DNA of 64,000 nt from Narcine bancroftii (Eukaryota): positions 416,578,001-416,642,000 of the forward strand of contig NC_091469.1 of assembly GCF_036971445.1 (NCBI RefSeq), read 5' to 3'. The first letter of the stretch is position 1; each line of letters opens with the position of its first letter. The notes beneath the pieces are model-generated. The model was given only the letters and a program-made list of their open reading frames with translations, did not search any database and was not told the origin of the DNA. This document shows, piece by piece, positions 1-12,950 of this stretch. A program made the position numbers and the translations under genes.

Positions 1-1344
1 CAACCATCTTGAAAAACCTTCAAAACAGCTGGATATCTAAAGGTTGCCTTGTAACCTTTCTTCCACAACTCTTTAGCAGGATTGAATTCCCGTCATTGGA
101 ACATAACTTCTTGACTCAAATCTGCATAGAAGGAAACTCGATTATTTTGAATCCTCAAGGGTGATTTTCTCTGTTGTGCATTTCTAATAGTCACTCGTAA
201 AATTATTTCTCTGTCATAATAATTCAATCAACGAACCAAAACAGGTCTTGGACTTTGACCTGAAATAGGTCTTCTACACAAGGCACTGTGAGCACGTTCC
301 AGTATTATACCTTCCGGGAAATGTTCTTGACCCAGCACCTGTGGAATCCATTCAGTAAAAAATTTTCTTGGGTCTGGTCCCTCCATACCTTCCGGCAAAC
401 CAATAATCTTTATATTGTTCCATCTGGATTAGTTTTCCAAATAATCAATCTTTTTCACCAAATTTTTATTTTGAGTTTGTAAGTCTTCGACCATTTTGGT
501 CACATCAAAAACTTGATCCTGTATTTCGTCTATATCTTCTTCACACGAATTAACTTTATCTCTCACTTCAAGCTTAAAAGCTCCAAACTCAGCCATCTGT
601 TGAGAATGTATTTTCACCAAAGTATTAAACCTAGTACCAAGTTCAGTCATAATCTTGAATAATCTCTGCATTGTATAAGATAATTTAGATTCAAGATTCA
701 CAAAAATCTTTTCAATTGGAAGAGATTTTGGCTCAACAGATTCCTGCTTCTTCTCCAAAGGATCTTCTATTCCTTCCTTCATTCTGGTTGCCTTCCTTGT
801 AGTATGACTGCGTGTGGAAACCCCAGCCACAGCCTCTCCAGCAATGACTGGAGGACGCTGGCCGGGGTTTTCCCCAGTCCATAATGTATTAAATTCTCCC
901 AGTACATCAAGTTGTATAGGTTCTTCTGTCTCAAGAGATGCAGTTTGCAGCGCCACCTCTACAGATGACAAATGCCTTTAAGTAACTCTTTGTTCTAAAG
1001 GCTGTTTGGCGCCCTCTTTAGGGGGCTCTACCGATGTAACATAGAGCTCTACATCCGAACATGTACCTCTCTCCTGGGATCCATTTCACGCTGAGTCCCG
1101 GTGTCTTTCCTGTAAGTAGGCTCCAAAATTTGAACTTTTGGAAAATGTAGTTTTTTAATGATCTGTTGTCGTTTTTTTTTTGCTCTTTTCCACCAATTGT
1201 ACCATCATAAGTTAAATTAACAGCACTGAAATTATCTAAACTTTTGAAGAATTTTAACGGCCATTTCTAGACAAAACAATAAGATAGAGTCAGGAGAGGA
1301 CTGGAAGGCACGTCTGATCCTTACGCCATCTTGCCACGCCCCCC
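1..1344 (-). mobile_element. 5' part of an L1-clade LINE (5'UTR plus decayed ORF1), running off the window start
   Basis: ORF 429..971 has a coiled coil ending KIDYLEN, as in L1 ORF1p, and continues after a frameshift toward position 1. The minus strand begins GGGGCGTGGCAAGATGGCG (~1344-1325), an L1-like 5' start. Confidence 0.8.
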
Positions 1345-1626
1345 TTTCATCAACATTCCTGGTAACCTGTTGTTTGAGGAACAGGTTAGACAGGCCCGTA
1401 GAGTAATGAGCCTCGGCACATTTCGAACATCATTATGCTCTTTATTTGCCCACAAGGGAAATTCGCCACAGGGAATGACAAGCACACACTTTCATAAAAT
1501 ATAGAAAGCAATTGCATCAGATACAACTAAACAAGCTCTAACTATGAAACATGCCAGATAGAGATATATAATAGAAGAAAATGTAACACATGTACAGAAC
1601 CAACAGTAAATAAGAATTAAGGACGG

Positions 1627-2078
1627 TGTGATGACGATAAATTAATGTGCACCACAAGGCCCCTCACCCATTACTGGCACACATGTTGATCTTGATTCTC
1701 CAGCGTCGACTCTGGCTCATGACCTGGAGTGGAACTGTGGTTAATTCCTTGGGGAAAAGGGAACCAGCAGCTCCACATGTTGGGCTTTATACCCAGCTGG
1801 TCAGTGGGGCCAGCCCAGGTGCTTACCAGAGCCAATGGCCACCTGTGTGATCTTTTGAAAAGGCCAATTGCAAGGTGAGTGCTCAGTATGGGTTGTCTTG
1901 ACCTTGATTGACAGATGTGGTGGCTTCTGACTTGGTTCCTGCCAGAGAGGTCACATGATTCTCCACAATCCAAATTCCGACCAGGTTCCAGCTGGAGAGA
2001 TCACATGACCCTTCAGAATCCACACTACATAACCTCCTCGAAAAACTCTGTAAAGATTGGTTAAACATAACCTACCAC
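1627..2078 (-). mobile_element. Probable degraded solo LTR
   Basis: Starts with TGTG; TATAAA on the minus strand near 1790; repeated GTCACATGA motifs; no coding capacity. Confidence 0.35.
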
Positions 2079-2125
2079 GCAGAAAACCATGTTGATTGTC
2101 CCTAATCAGTCCCTGGCTATTAAAA

Positions 2126-2705
2126 TACTTGCATATCCGATTCTCTTAGGGCACCTTCCTGTAGGGATCATCTACTGCATCCGGTGCTCCTGCTATGGTC
2201 CTCTCTGCATTGAAGAAACTGGACGCACATTGATCACTTTGTTGAAAACATCGGCTCTGACTGCCACAATAACGTGGATCTCCCAGTTGCCATCCATTTC
2301 AATTCTCCATCCCATTCCCTTGCTGACGTGTCTGTCCATGGTCTCATACACTGCCAGACTGAGACATCCTGCACATTGGAGAAACAACACCTTATCTTCC
2401 AAATGGGCACCCTCCATTAATATCAGTTTCTTAGCTTTTGTTAACATCCCCCACTCCTTTTTTCTCATTTGTCTTTCCATTCCCTATCTCCTTTCGCACA
2501 GACATTCTACCTAGCCCCTTATCACATCCAATCAACACCTTTTGTTGGTCTGGATTCCTCCCCCTTTGTTTGAATTCTGAGACTTTCTGATATATCCTCC
2601 TTCTGCCTTTTCTGATTTTTAGCTTGAAGAGGGGTTCAGGCCCAAAACATCGGCTCCTATAGATGCTGATAAGACCAGCTGAGTTCCTCCAGCATTTCGG
2701 GCTGT
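2126..2705 (+). mobile_element. Penelope-like element remnant (GIY-YIG endonuclease end plus terminal repeat)
   Basis: ORF 2089..2514 contains GIIYCIRCSCYGPLCIEETGRTL (degenerate GIY-YIG). The tail ...GATGCTGATAAGACCAGCTGAGTTCCTCCAGCATTT is shared with other copies in the window. Confidence 0.75.
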
Positions 2706-2939
2706 TTATCTGTTTCAGGAGCTTGGAGCTGGATATTAATACCACTGCCATGTGAAAACTATGTACTACATTGTGATGTTTAGAGAAGGGTCAGGCTAGT
2801 TCAAGTTACAAAATAATAAATCTGTGAATACTCTGACTTAGGTTTTGTATACTGGCCAAGATCAGGGGCGACCTGCTTGGATATTAATTTTATACCCACA
2901 CATGTTTGTTTTGAATATATGAAAAGAATATAGAGGCAC

Positions 2940-3365
2940 CGTAAAAGTGTAAAAAATCTCCACAATGATGTGACCTGAATAGAGGCTATTTGCTCATCAA
3001 GAGAGAGTGAAAAGCTGAGGGATGCTCTTTCCTGAAGAGCCGATGCTTAACAACTGAATACAAATGTTTTGAAGATCCTGAAGCAAAAAAAAATATTTTT
3101 GCTCAGAGAATTAAAAAAACAAAATTTTGAGAGCATAAGATTGTTAACAATAAATCCAATGGGGAATTCAGGAAAATCTTTTTTATGCAGAGCATGGTTA
3201 GAATATTGAACACCACTTCAAGAATCAAAAGTGAAGGGTAAAGAATGGAGACATATTTAATGGTGTTTGTTAACAAGCTGGTGGGGGAGGGGAGTGGAGG
3301 GAGGAAGCTCATGTGAACCATAAAGAGCCAACAGAACTTTGAGCCTTCTCTTCTGCTGTGGTTTG
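2940..3365 (+). mobile_element. Highly decayed CR1 LINE 3' fragment
   Basis: AGGAAAATCTTTTTTATGCAGAGCATGGTTAGAATATTGAAC resembles the CR1 ORF2 C-terminal FFTQRVV.WN motif. Confidence 0.5.
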
Positions 3366-4261
3366 AACGTAACCTGAACAGCAGATACAACTGGGATAAG
3401 TTCAGAGAATATTCCTGCTGGGAAAGGGATCTAGGATATAAGAGTACTTGGATGAATTGGATCTGGGAGGATTGTCGAAATCATCATGGATGATACACAA
3501 AGAACAAAATATCTGCAATCAATATTACATATCTGGCTGACGGTTCAGTCTTTTACTTGGCTGATATAGTTCCAAAGGAAATTGTAAACAATGGAGATTG
3601 TTTGCCAAATAATTGCACACAAATCCAGAGAATGTTCTTTATAAGGTGTTTTTATGGAGGGCCTTTGCTTCAAGGTCGGCTCCATCCGTGGAGAAAAATT
3701 TTAATTTACTTTTTTATAGAGCAGCCCTAAAAGGCTGCTCTAGCATCATATTTATGTGGAGTGGCACCTCTGTGCATCCTCCGGAGCTGCTGTAGACAGG
3801 GCAACTGTTGTCTTGGCACCAGTCGTCATCAATACGCAGCGAGCAATGGCCAACTTTGTTACCCATAACCCCCCATACAACTGGAACTGCTCTGGGAAAT
3901 TATGGGTAAAGACGTTGGCCATTGATCATTTTCACAGTGTTTATATTTCACTCTCACTCAACTGTGAGTTCTTGGTTCTGGATATTGCAAATCATCAGTG
4001 AACACAGTCATCATCGGTGTGGCCACTGCTGCCACACCTTCAAGGACCCGGCTTCTTGATCCTGACCTGCTGTGACTGGGAAATTGAGAAGGACAAGGGA
4101 GTGGAGTGGCAAGTCCAGGGTCCCGAAGGTGCAGCAGTAGGTAGCAGTGGCATCCACACTGATGATGACCATTCCACAATACTCTGGCATAATATGTTCA
4201 CTAAACTGTTCTGGGTCACGGGCTGGCACGTTATCAGCCCACCATAGTCAGCCATTTGCAG

Positions 4262-4364
4262 TGGCTGGATATTCATGGAGCAAGGTGGAGTGCTTCACCT
4301 CGACACAAGCCTACAGAAGGATCGGAGTCGATGCCTTGGAGCCGCTCATGGACCATTTACAAAG
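4262..4364 (+). CDS. Putative host exon (unidentified gene)
   Basis: TTGCAG acceptor, strong AAG|GTAAGA donor, open frame AGYSWSKVECFTSTQAYRRIGVDALEPLMDHLQ; phase 2 matches the exon at 8194. Confidence 0.3.
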
Positions 4365-5184
4365 GTAAGATTTGAGACGTAAGGGCAGAGAATCTTCTCC
4401 TTTATGTTTGGATGTTTTTGGTTTATAAAAGGGCCTATAGACAGAACTTGTGTTTCACAGAGAAGATAAAAAAAATCATGGTAATGTGGTTGTGAAGCAA
4501 TTTTATTTCACATTGGTCTGTAGCTATAATCTAAATGAAACCACAATCCATCATGAGGGCTCTCCCCAAGCATCAAAACAAAGCAAGATCAAGTCTCACT
4601 GGAGGAGGGAGTCTCACTTTGCCTCATAGTCAGTTCAGCTTTTGCATCTAATTTACATGCTACAAACTGCTACGAATTCTTGGTTAAACTACAGAATGGG
4701 CATGCCCCTAATTCTTTCAAACTGAGGTGAAAATGAACATTTGCACAGGAGCCTGGAATGACAGACAGATAGCTTACAACAAAACATGAACTCCAGTTCT
4801 CAGGAAAGCGACAGGCAAAATAGGAGATTATGTGCAAAGCATTAAGGAGAGGCAGTAGTCAGCACATTTTCAAGGGCCTCAAGATGATCAGTACTAGAGG
4901 AAAACCCTGCACATATACAAAAATTGGGAGGTAGATCCTAGTGAGAAGATGAACACATAAATAGCGAAATAGTCAATCCCGAAACAGGACCAAACCTATC
5001 ATGGACCAGTTATTTGACAGCTTAATAAGATTGTCTGCTTATATCTATGTGTTAAAGGTGATTCCTTTAAATGTTCAATTGCTCATTACCACAAAAGTTG
5101 TTTTTAATTGTAGTTCTTCTTACATCATCAATGGGACTGGTTGCTGGAAATGTTACTCATTCCAATCTAGACATACATACTGCA

Positions 5185-5380
5185 CGGTAACAGGCTCTTC
5201 CAGCCCATGAGTCCATGCCACCCAATTAACCTACAAGCCCTGTACATTTTTGAAGGGTGAGAGGAACTGGGAGCACCTTGAGGAAACCCATGCAGACACA
5301 GGGAGAACGTACAAACACCTTACAAACAGCACCAGATTTGAACCTGAGTCACTGACACTATCAGTATTGCACTAACAATG
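5185..5380 (-). mobile_element. V-SINE (HE1-like) remnant
   Basis: GAGGAAACCCATGCAGACACAGGGAGAACGTACAAAC matches the reverse complement of the conserved V-SINE central domain. Confidence 0.75.
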
Positions 5381-5559
5381 TTGTCCAAAGAACGGCAGAC
5401 TGCCTCATGCAGTGACTTGCTTGGTTGTGTCTAAAGTCTTGGAGTTGACTTCTCTTCATAATTGTACAAATGGTCTTAGAATTTTAGACTAGCAAGGAAG
5501 TAGCTAAGTCATATACCCTAGACCGGCGGAGCAGTCCTCTTCTAGGGAGCCATCCTCTG

Positions 5560-5700
5560 NNNNNNNNNNNNNNNNNNNNNNNNNNNNNNNNNNNNNNNNN
5601 NNNNNNNNNNNNNNNNNNNNNNNNNNNNNNNNNNNNNNNNNNNNNNNNNNNNNNNNNNNNNNNNNNNNNNNNNNNNNNNNNNNNNNNNNNNNNNNNNNNN
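5560..5700. other. Assembly gap (141 N)
   Basis: Run of N. Confidence 1.
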
Positions 5701-6959
5701 TCATCTCCTATCCCACTTGCTGGATATCCCATGACTTAACCCAAACAACCTAAATTCTCATTCAATACCTATTCTTACATCTATATATTGCTTTTCTATA
5801 TGTTGGCAACATCTACACCTGTTCCACTGTTCTTAACCTGTAATACCATCTTCCATTAATTGGCTTTTCCATTGCCTCAAACTCCATGGATCTGAATTCC
5901 TTTTTTGAGCATTTCCATGAGCTTTTACCCTCTGACTGAGTTTCTAGGAAGTCAATTCCTCCTCCCTTTACAAGCTAATTTTTCTCATTCACTCCTCCCT
6001 CCCAACTTGGCTGATGTTTGTTCTATATTTTGTGTCCTTGCAACCTAGTAAATCCCTTCCCAACAGCATTCAACACCACAAAAACATGTCAGAGAAATTC
6101 GAGGCACATCATATTCTCCTTTTAATTAAGGATGACTTTCTTCCCTCTAGTTTTCTGAGTTCTGAGATAGGTAATGAGACTAATGTGAAACTGTTGAACC
6201 CTCAGCAGATGGGGAAGGAGGTGGCTTATTGGGTGAGTAGGAGGTTTGTATGTGAACAGCATATTGAGGTCTTCTGTGAGTTCTCAATGCATAGGTTTAA
6301 GGTTCTCAATACCTTTGCAAATGCCCCTTTTCCTCTTTGAGAGGCCATGGGGTAGATATTCTTGCAATCACTGATGATGCTGCATTTCTTTGAGGAAGCA
6401 TTTCCCACAGAATAATAGAGCATCTAGTGAATGAGCTGCCAGACAAGGCACAGCTTTGAAAATACACCAGATCATTAATCGAGTCCACTTGTACCACAAT
6501 TAAGTAAACTTGCTGTGCAAACTCTTCGAATTCCTGATGCATTCCCAGACTTCCATTATTTAACAAGATCATTCACTTGCCACTGGAAAAATGTGAAAGA
6601 TTTACAAAAGAGAACAAGAAGGTTGTGAAACTGTTGAATCCAATTTCAATGTTAGTGGTTGAAAGTGAGATCATATCAACATTTAAGAGGTTGGGAAGCT
6701 GGTTAATATTAAAATGGGATATTAGAAAAGGGACTGCTCGTTTGGAGTGTAAACACTGTTAAGTTTCGGTTTCTGTGCAGCTATTTAATTCCACGAAAGA
6801 AGCAATTGGTGCTAAAAACAAGTTTAACTTGGCCAGATTTCCATTAGCCTTTTTGAGTGAGGAATACATCCACCCTAATTTTCATTGGTCTTTAATTATT
6901 TCTAACTTTTCTTCATTTGGATTCATTAATTTTTAGACTGCAGCTTTGCTATTTCAGTC

Positions 6960-7240
6960 AACCCATTAATATCGCAGTGAAATGTACTGCTTCCAGCTAC
7001 ACTTGTTATTTATTATGCCACCTATCTTTGTGACATTGGTGAACTTGAGTATATGGCTTTCTGCCCTGTTATCTAAGTCATCTATAAATACAGTGAATAG
7101 TTTGTAGTCCCAACACATACTTTGTGGGACACCAGTGGTCAGATGCTGCCAACATGAATACCTGTCTGTTATCCCCACTCTGTCTCCTGCTGCTCAGTTA
7201 ATTTCCAAACCAGGTGAATAAAATGCTTTTAGTTCCATGA
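6960..7240 (-). mobile_element. CR1 reverse transcriptase fragment
   Basis: TGVPQS...LFTVFIDDLD...ILKFTNVTKIGG is a decayed GVPQGSVLGP / FADDTK motif set. Confidence 0.75.
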
Positions 7241-8193
7241 GCTTTAATGAAGAAGCTAACGCGTGAACAATTTAATAAAGCAACTTTCTCCTTCGACGCA
7301 CTCAATCTGTGAAACAAATATCGATCCTCCAGTCTGTCTCTCCAAGGATCAGAAGGTTCTCCTTCTTGCTATCAAATTTAAATTGTACTGAAATAAGATA
7401 ATGCAAATAAATAAAATATTCTCTGACAGTTTATCACCCAGTTTAACCGAGATGCGTGATACAATGTTGGAAGTCTTTTTGACAAAGGACATATAATTAA
7501 GCCCGTTTACAAATTGCAGTGCTGAAGGGAAGAGGCATCTTTCCGAGTGAAAAAAATCCAGTTATCAGACCTTTCAATGCCATTATCATGAGGCCCATTT
7601 GGTTTCCCCTTTGTCTATAAAATAGTTAAATTTCAACCCCTTCTCCTCAACCTAAGAAAGGTATTTTTACATGTTTTATGTTCAATACATTTAATATTGG
7701 TGTATATAGTATATGAGTACATGTGCTTGGCAAAGCAGTTTCACATTATTAGTAAAAGCATCTTGATATGCTTTGATTGAATTCTGTGTTCCACAGAACA
7801 GTGAACCATCTGTTAAAATGTGTTTATGTTGAACATGCATCCTGTTTGATTAAAAGTGTTAAATGTAATTAAATATTGAGGATTGATTCCTGACTCAGGA
7901 GGAATACACTGATCTGGAAACACTTAGCAGCACTGAAATCAGCAGACTATTGCACTTAGCTTTCCGCCAAAGTCAAGAAAATATAAATGACAGTTTCCAA
8001 CTTTCCACGGAAGGATTGACTTCTAATATCACCCAGCAGGTGGAAAGGCACAACCTTGAAAGTAAAGACTGCTATAAGTTTGACCCAGTTTATTTTATAA
8101 ATTAGCAATGAAGCTACAGTTTGTTTGGCATATACAATATGGCTGAGATACATATTCAATTCCATCTGCTGGCTAGATTATTTGTTTCCTCAG

Positions 8194-8349
8194 GCAGCAA
8201 GCACACAGCACCTTATATTCCCCGGTAGTCTCCTATCTGAGTATTGGCCATGCCTGTGTACACTTAACTGGTATTCACAGTGAGAATGATGACCAATGCA
8301 CACCAGTGAACAGAATCTGCAGAAGTCAATTGATAAGAGAAATTGTAAG
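8194..8349 (+). CDS. Putative host exon (unidentified gene)
   Basis: TTTGTTTCCTCAG acceptor, AAG|GTTAGT donor, 156 bp, only one open frame: QQAHSTLYSPVVSYLSIGHACVHLTGIHSENDDQCTPVNRICRSQLIREIV. Confidence 0.4.
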
Positions 8350-8711
8350 GTTAGTTGAAACCTATGGAAGGTAGAATTTTGGTGCATACATACATTGTGC
8401 AATGTATATAACAATAAACTCATCCTTATTATCATTAATGAGATGAGTGTAATGGAGGATAAGTTCAAAGCATGCATAAGGCCAAACTCCATAAGGTATG
8501 AGTCCTTCAGAAGAAATTTGTTGTATTGAAGAGTAATAGAAAATGGCAAGAAAATCAGACAAATCCTTAAAGCCATGTTTGCCCTTTTTAATCTGCAAGA
8601 TGAGACCTTATTTCGATAAAGCAGGTGGGCAAAACTAGATGCTTTCTCTTTCCAATTGCAAAGTCCTATCATGAATGAACAGGACACGTATTTTCGGCTG
8701 AGAGGAGTAAA

Positions 8712-9230
8712 ACAAGAAAGTCTGCAGATGCAGTGATTGAAGTAAAAACACAATGCTGGGGAAACTCAGCAGACAAACAGCGTACTTTATAGAGCAAAGA
8801 TCAAGATAGATAACCAAGATTCCAGGCGTGAGCCCTTCATCAAGGTATAATAAAAATATAGACAGGTGCTTGAGCAAAATGGTGAAGTGGGGGGAGGGCA
8901 GGGGGAGGAGCTCAGGCCCACAGACAAGAAGTTGATTCGGGAGGTAGGGCACAACAGTAAACGGTTGAGGGGGGTTGGCTCTGTAAATGGAGATGGAAGG
9001 GATGGAGAGCTGGAGGAAATGAGACGAGGGATAGGGAAAAGAGGGAGAATGGGTAGCAGTCTCGCAGAAACTGAAGAAGTTAATGTTAATACCATCCAGT
9101 TGGAAAATGCCCATATGGAATAGTAGGTGTTGTTCCTCCAATTTACACGTAGCCTTGGTTTGGCAGTGAATGAGGCCATGGACAGACATGTCAGTAGGGG
9201 AGTGGGGTGTAGAATTGTAATTGAAATGGT
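8712..9230 (-). mobile_element. Penelope-like element 3' remnant
   Basis: CQTKATCKLEEQHLLFHMGIFQLDGININF (GIY-YIG C-terminus); same terminal repeat family as 2126-2705. Confidence 0.75.
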
Positions 9231-9812
9231 TGGCCTCACATATTTCAAGCTGCTATTTCTGCTGTCACTAATGTACATATGTGACAGCAATGATAGGTTA
9301 AAAATTAGTAAGATCTAAACCTGTGGCAAAAAAACTACTTTCTACCACCTCACCAATAAGAGTTGCATCAAGACAGTATTTTGAAGGAACTAACATAACT
9401 TTTTCCTGGAATAGTAAATTATAGCATATCTTACACTCTTGTGAGCTACTTAATTGGCACTTGAGAGAAAATATTGTACAAAAGGCTGGAAAAACATATG
9501 GCAGCAGTGGTGGTCCAAGAATGGTACTTGAAAGGGATTATTTCTTTCATAATTTGTTTATTTATATGTATCAATATGGCAAATTATTGCTTGTACTTCA
9601 TCTAATCTCATTTTTGAATTTCACATGAATCATTTTGAGTTCATATGTACATTCTGTGAAATGCAGCTTATTAAATATTTTTCAGTGGTAAAGGATCATG
9701 TAGTTAATTCTTCAAGACCTTAAATAGTTCCCTCATCAAAATATTCTGTTTCCTTTGTTCGTAGAGTGGCTCAAAAATGCAAATACCATAATCTTTTCCC
9801 CCTTGTTTTCAG

Positions 9813-9892
9813 AATGTGGTCTTGGGATATGGATGGAAATTATACCAGTGACTGTGACCTCCTTAGTAAAATTAATGGTGTTCTTTATACAG
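9813..9892 (+). CDS. Putative host exon (unidentified gene)
   Basis: Strong polypyrimidine acceptor CTTTTCCCCCTTGTTTTCAG, CAG|GTATGG donor; phase-2 frame MWSWDMDGNYTSDCDLLSKINGVLYT continues the 8194 exon. Confidence 0.4.
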
Positions 9893-10258
9893 GTATGGAT
9901 TGCACAATGTCTAATACTGAATGAACGATTCCCTCAAAAGAAGCTTTACACAATTATAATTGAACAAGTGCATTTACATAAATCCCACTAATGTTTAAAT
10001 TTTATTTGTGTAGTTCAATGCATTATGACTAAAATTTGAAATCCATCTCTCTTTTGCAATGATTGGCTGTTCTCAGCAAATAGGTGCTCTGAAGTTCAAT
10101 TTTCTATGTGTGAAATATTTAGAAGGGTGGGATTTTCAAAGTATGCCCAGAAGTACATTTTCAGTAGAATATATGAACATAGTCTGATTTGAAAAGGTGT
10201 AATACTGGACCTAATCTTAGGAAAGTAAAACATGAAAGTCTTAAGACATCATGGCTGA

Positions 10259-10424
10259 AGTAAAAACACAGTAATGGAGAAACTCTGCTGGTTGAACAAT
10301 GTACTTAATATAGCGAAGATACATAATGAACATTTCGACCAAGCTCGAAATGATCATTATGTATCTTTGCTATATAAAGTACATTGTTCAACCAGCAGAG
10401 TTTCTCCAGTATTACGTTTTTACT
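10259..10424. repeat. ~165-bp fold-back palindrome derived from a Penelope terminus
   Basis: Arms GGAGAAACTCTGCTGGTTGAACAATGTACTT and AAGTACATTGTTCAACCAGCAGAGTTTCTCC are reverse complements; the arm resembles 8740-8810. Confidence 0.85.
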
Positions 10425-10459
10425 AATCTGAAGGAATGTGAGGTCAAAGCCAAAGGAAG

Positions 10460-11330
10460 AGCATTTTGGAAATAGTGATTGCAACTGTCTTAAGTATCCA
10501 TTTTGTTACGGTTAAGGATGGATCAGCAATTAAAATCCTGAAGGGTGGGGGATGCATTTCATTAGATGGGATATGGCAAAAGTAAACTGGGAACAATTAC
10601 TTACTTTCAATAAGTAGGAGTTATTCCAAAAGTTAGTGAGAGTTCTGGACCAAATCACTGCCAACAAGCCAAGGAACCCAAGATGCTAAACCATATTGGG
10701 ATTTGATAGGGGAAAAAAAAGAAAATATAATTCAGATAGAGAGAACTGAAAACAAGGAGACCCTTCAGGAGCAGAGATTGTGTAGGAAAATATTTTTAAA
10801 AAGAAAATTAGGAGAGCAAAGACAGACTATGAAATATTGCTGATGAATAAAATTAATTAAACTCTCATTATATTTTATGAAATTTATGGGCAAGAGGGTA
10901 ACCAGGAAAAAATAGGGCCCACTGGGGATCAAAGAGAGAATGTCAATGGAGCCAGAAGACATCGGTGAACTCTTAAATGGATGTATTAATTGAGGAGGAC
11001 TTTGCAGCTGGACAATTCAGGAAGGGAGATAATGACATCTAGGCAGATGCCAGATGACAAGTGAAGAACAAATGTGGTACCTTTATTGAAGAAAGGCAAC
11101 AAGCATAGGCCAGATAATCATAGACCAATGAATCTATTGATATTGATAGGGAGTTGACTAGAAAAACTCTGAGGCACAGGATTATTCTACATCTGAAAAA
11201 GCAGAGATTAATCAAATATAGTCGGTGTGGTTTAATTCAGTGAGATACTGGCTGAAAATTTTGATCGAAAAGGTTACAAAGTGTGTTGATGCGGATAGTG
11301 TAATTGATCTAGTCAGCATGGACACTGTCA
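10460..11330 (+). mobile_element. Highly decayed CR1 ORF2 fragment
   Basis: Similar to the CR1 copy at 25370-26250 (GGGCCCACTGGGGATCAAAG...ATGGAGCCAG; AGACCAATGAATCT). Confidence 0.55.
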
Positions 11331-11419
11331 AGAAATTGGGCATATTATTGGGCATATTTTTTTCTCTCTGGTTCTTGCAAACAAGTGGTTTCTACACATT
11401 AAATCATACTAACAATAAT

Positions 11420-12950
11420 TTCTAGGTTAATGAGCAGACATCAGGAAACAGGCTTGGGCACTTCCGGTTGCAGTTCATCTCAGATCATCCTGCACCTATC
11501 TGGCATCACACACAATGTGTGGTGCTCCCCTGCCATCTCCACTCCCACTGACAGAAATCGACTGTTAAAGTGCAGCTTGCAATCTGCACTTTTCACACCA
11601 CTTAACACAGGAAGTAAACCCTCCACCAACTTGACAAACATTTGCAAATTAAAGTGTCTGCATTGAGAAATCATAGATTTTCCCACAGCCTCTTTATGGG
11701 CTCAACATTTTTGTCCATAAATATCACTGGTGATGACTGTGATGATACAACCACTACACTGGCCACACTCCTACCAGCCTACCACAGGGGGCAACCACTG
11801 TACCTGCAGAAAGGCAACCTAGGAGGCTGGCCCCATCTGCTGGCTGTCAATCACTGGCCTGTATAAAGACTCGAGCCAACCCCTTCAGGGGACAGTCAGA
11901 CACGTGGAGCCAGCAATGCTACTAAGACTGGTGTACAAGTTTAAGCTAATTAGAGCCTTTTGTACAGTCTGTAGAATTTGCATCAGAATCATTCACACAG
12001 CAGTGCTTACAAATTAATTAGCTTAAAATTAAAAGAAGTTCCTCACCATTGACCCGTAACACCCGGATGCTTCAGGATACTTGGAGATTTTGAAGCTGTA
12101 GTGATACTGATTATGGTTGCAATGCAACTAGCAATGCCTTACTGTTTAATTATACTTGGCTACCAGCAGAGGGTTGACATTCAGAGTATACAGGATCTGT
12201 AATTGAGACTTGTAGCCTCATGGCATGCCTCATGGTGCTTTTACATGAACTTTAATGTAAAGAACCTTTTCTTTCATCCATGTGTTGTCTAAGAACTCAC
12301 ACATGGATGAAACATGGTCTCAGAAGTGGGATGAAGGAAATGAAAAGAAAATACTTTAAAAGGTAAAATCTAAAGTCAGCAACTGATCAGTGAAGAGAAA
12401 ATAACAAAGAGAAAAATGGAAGAATTACATCCACCAGTGAAGCTTCAGTTAACAGGTAATGTGGCTGAAAATTTTTTCAGATTGAAACAGCATTTTATAT
12501 TATATTTAGTGGCAGTTGGAGCTGACAAGAAAAGTTATAAAAGGGAAAGGTCAGTTTTCTTACATGTTGTCGGTGATGAAGCCCTGGAGGTGTATTATAA
12601 CTAAGTTAATTAAAGTTTAAGCTAATTAAAGCCTGTTGTACAGTCTGTGGACTTTGCAATAAGAATCATTTGCATGGCAGCACTCACAATGACTGCATAT
12701 CTTCATATTTTGCTTGTCAGTCTAAGACGCAGTGACCCTTGGCCCCTAATAGGGATGTGGAGCCACACACAGTATGGATCAGTCAATTTTTTCATGGCTG
12801 CCTTTCGAAAAGCTGTACCTCCTTTATCATAAATAAGTGTCCAATAAGAGCAAACCTGCTTCTTATTCAGCTCAGCAATGACATGACAGCTGTGCTTTTA
12901 GTGGACATCCACATCAGAAACCACCAGGTAAAGTTTCAACACATGAATTG
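11420..12950. mobile_element. Nested Gypsy/Ty3 LTR-retrotransposon relics (LTR pieces, PBS, gag N-terminus)
   Basis: PBS TGGTCTCAGAAGTGGGAT at 12315-12332 (tRNA-Leu-like) follows a CA. Gag ORF 12416..12604 reads LTGNVAENF...FLHVVGDEALEVY. Related LTR-end sequences lie at ~11935-12010 and ~12612-12689. Confidence 0.7.

Noticed and set aside
3717-3742. Histone mRNA stem-loop or rho-independent terminator
   Set aside because: Does not match the GGYYYTTYHARRRCC consensus, there is no histone ORF, and the sequence is not bacterial
5484-5732. ORFs spanning the N run
   Set aside because: Artefact of the assembly gap
7250-7660. Minus-strand terminal exon candidates (VEEKGLKFNYF..., QFKFDSKKENL...)
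   Set aside because: Short, unrecognised, and with no supporting upstream exons
8190-8753. 187-aa minus-strand ORF
   Set aside because: Begins inside a Penelope terminus, has no recognisable motif, and is antisense to a better exon candidate
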